From Curvularia clavata (Eukaryota), in the NCBI GenBank assembly GCA_023920165.1, contig CP089275.1, positions 5,022,001 to 5,086,000 of the forward strand: a DNA stretch of 64,000 nucleotides, in the 5' to 3' direction. Below the pieces are notes generated by a model that saw only the letters and a list, made by a program, of their open reading frames with translations, was not told the DNA's origin and made no database searches. Position 1 is the first letter of the stretch, and each line of letters begins with the position of its first letter. The position numbers and the translations under genes are program-made. This document shows, one piece after another, positions 62,229 through 64,000 of the stretch.

Positions 62229-63543
62229 CTAGCTTCCCCGGCACTCCTCGGAGCGCTGAGGCAGACTACTCCGTATCTCCTTCAGCCGCGGCGTAATCAT
62301 CTTCTTGACCACCATGCTATTCATCTTCTTGCGAATCGTGTCGTACTCAATGCGAAACAATGATTTAGTGCTCTGCTCAAACTCGTGCGCAGTTGCTTTC
62401 TGCAGCCACAGCGATTCCAGTAGGTATATGTACTCGTCCCAATTGTCTGGACCTGTCAAGAGGACCCTTGTTAGCATATTATTATTTTTGTGGCGTGGGT
62501 AGGTCAAGCGGCGGCGGGGATTTTTTACCAAGAGCTTTGCGTATGCCTTCTACTTCCAGAGGTACTTCGTAATCGTAAATGGAACGTCTATGATGGTGGC
62601 TTGATTGGGTCGGCGATGTTGCCCTGGTGGCTCGCTTCTTGGCTGGTCTGCATCGAGGGGTGCTCGCGCGTGTCTTCTCTTCGTCGTTACGTGCTTTGCC
62701 ACTGCTTGTAGTCTCGGCGATATTGTTTTTGTTATCTGTTTCTTCGCCTGCTTTCTTTCTCACCTCTACTATCTCAACCTCATGGCTCTCCTCGTCGTGA
62801 GAATCTCTCGGCCTTTTCTTTGCTCTGCTAGTCTCTGACAGCACACTCGGAGATTGTACCAAAGCTCCCGGGCGCCCATCATCTGGATCTTGACGAAGTT
62901 TCTGCACTGGAGTCGTAGCCTTGGTGGGTGTCTCTGCTCGGCTGGTCGATCGCTGCTGTCTGGGCTTCGGGAACTTGCGACTAGTGTTTTTGGGTAATGA
63001 TATTCCTGCGTAAGATTTTCCTTGTAGCGGTGCTTTTCTCGGAACATCGTTTGATGGGAGACGGCTGATTGTCTTACCTGCCGGTTTTGGAGTAGACTGT
63101 ACTGCTTGTACCATATTCACTGCTGATGGCGCGCCTTGCATTTGTCGTGGGAGTACAGGTATACGGACAGCTTGAGAGTCGCTGCTATAGGAAACCAGAT
63201 TGACTTTGGTCAAATCAGAACTGAGGCCAAACGTACTGCTATACATAGCAGGCGAGGATGGCAGCTCTGGCCGATGAGGTGATGAGTTAAAATGCAGGCC
63301 TAGCCACATGTATGCGTTACCGGGAGGACGAGAGACAATGGATGGCATATCAGGGTATGAGCCGTGGTGTTTGATGTCCAGACTGGGAAAGCAAGGTACT
63401 CGGTTGCTTGTGCTGGGTGTGGCTGCCGGGCGAGGTATCATGTTTGGGACAGTGGCAGCAAAGGCGTGCTGCTGCGGAGTCATTGCTGTAGACGGCGGAA
63501 AGGGATGTTTCTGTGATGGCGGCTTCTTTTGTGGAGACGTCAT
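62229..63543 (-). CDS. Hypothetical protein: long disordered N-terminus plus a small helical C-terminal domain; one intron (~62529-62452)
   Basis: ORFs 62482-63543 and 62229-62531 join via GTAAAA...GCTAAC...CAG, giving ...VEGIRKALG|PDNWDEYIYLLESLWLQK... Confidence 0.65.
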
Positions 63544-64000
63544 TCAGGACAGGTACGCGGCGATGGTCCAGTGAGTGTATGGCAGGAGCAATGGTGCGGT
63601 GAACATGCAACGCTATACTGATCGTACAGAGCAGCGAAAAGGGTAGCGATATCAATCCCCAGGCCTTGTATATGAGAGTGTGCAGTTGATATTGAGAGGT
63701 GAGTGTAGCGCTTGAGACAAGGAGCGCTTGCTGTGGCGGGATTTGGGTATACAAACCACACGAAGGCTTTCACCTCTCCTTTGGTCCTCGTGCCATTGGC
63801 TGCCTAGCACGATTACAGCCACAGATGGAATGACATCATACTCACAACTGAAGCTGCGTGAAACTAAACATTAAGTACGCTCATACACGGACCATAGACC
63901 CTTGGTTATCAGAGCAAGCAAGCTGACAAGGAGCGCAGAAGGGGCTGATCACATGACCCCTCACGCAATGGAAACTAGCGACAACAGTTTGAAATGTCGA

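Overview
Intron-containing genomic DNA of a filamentous ascomycete, probably a Dothideomycete/Pleosporales-like fungus (inferred from gene content and intron signals, not tested). About 17 protein-coding genes can be supported. In order: a Zn(II)2Cys6 transcription factor running off the left edge, CGI121, COX4, nicotinamidase PNC1, an oxysterol-binding protein, and then a ~22 kb gene-poor tract holding only three small Myb/SANT-like regulators. These are followed by a Trk-type cation transporter, an orphan ORF, an MFS transporter, a beta-propeller-like protein with a PPxY motif and polybasic CaaX tail, a GPI-anchored wall protein, a GH5 exo-1,3-beta-glucanase, a BED-finger/TenA-like fusion protein, a sugar/polyol transporter and a hypothetical protein. 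The main find is a 4.5 kb element (43473-48010) bounded by ~510-525 bp diverged inverted repeats. The repeats have pogo/Fot1 (Tc1-mariner)-like ends and TA flanks. The element has no transposase; its only cargo is an intact HET-NB-ARC-TPR immune receptor (NLR) gene, and the TPR array shows RIP-type TpG>TpA variation without stop codons. All coordinates and alignments were made by eye.
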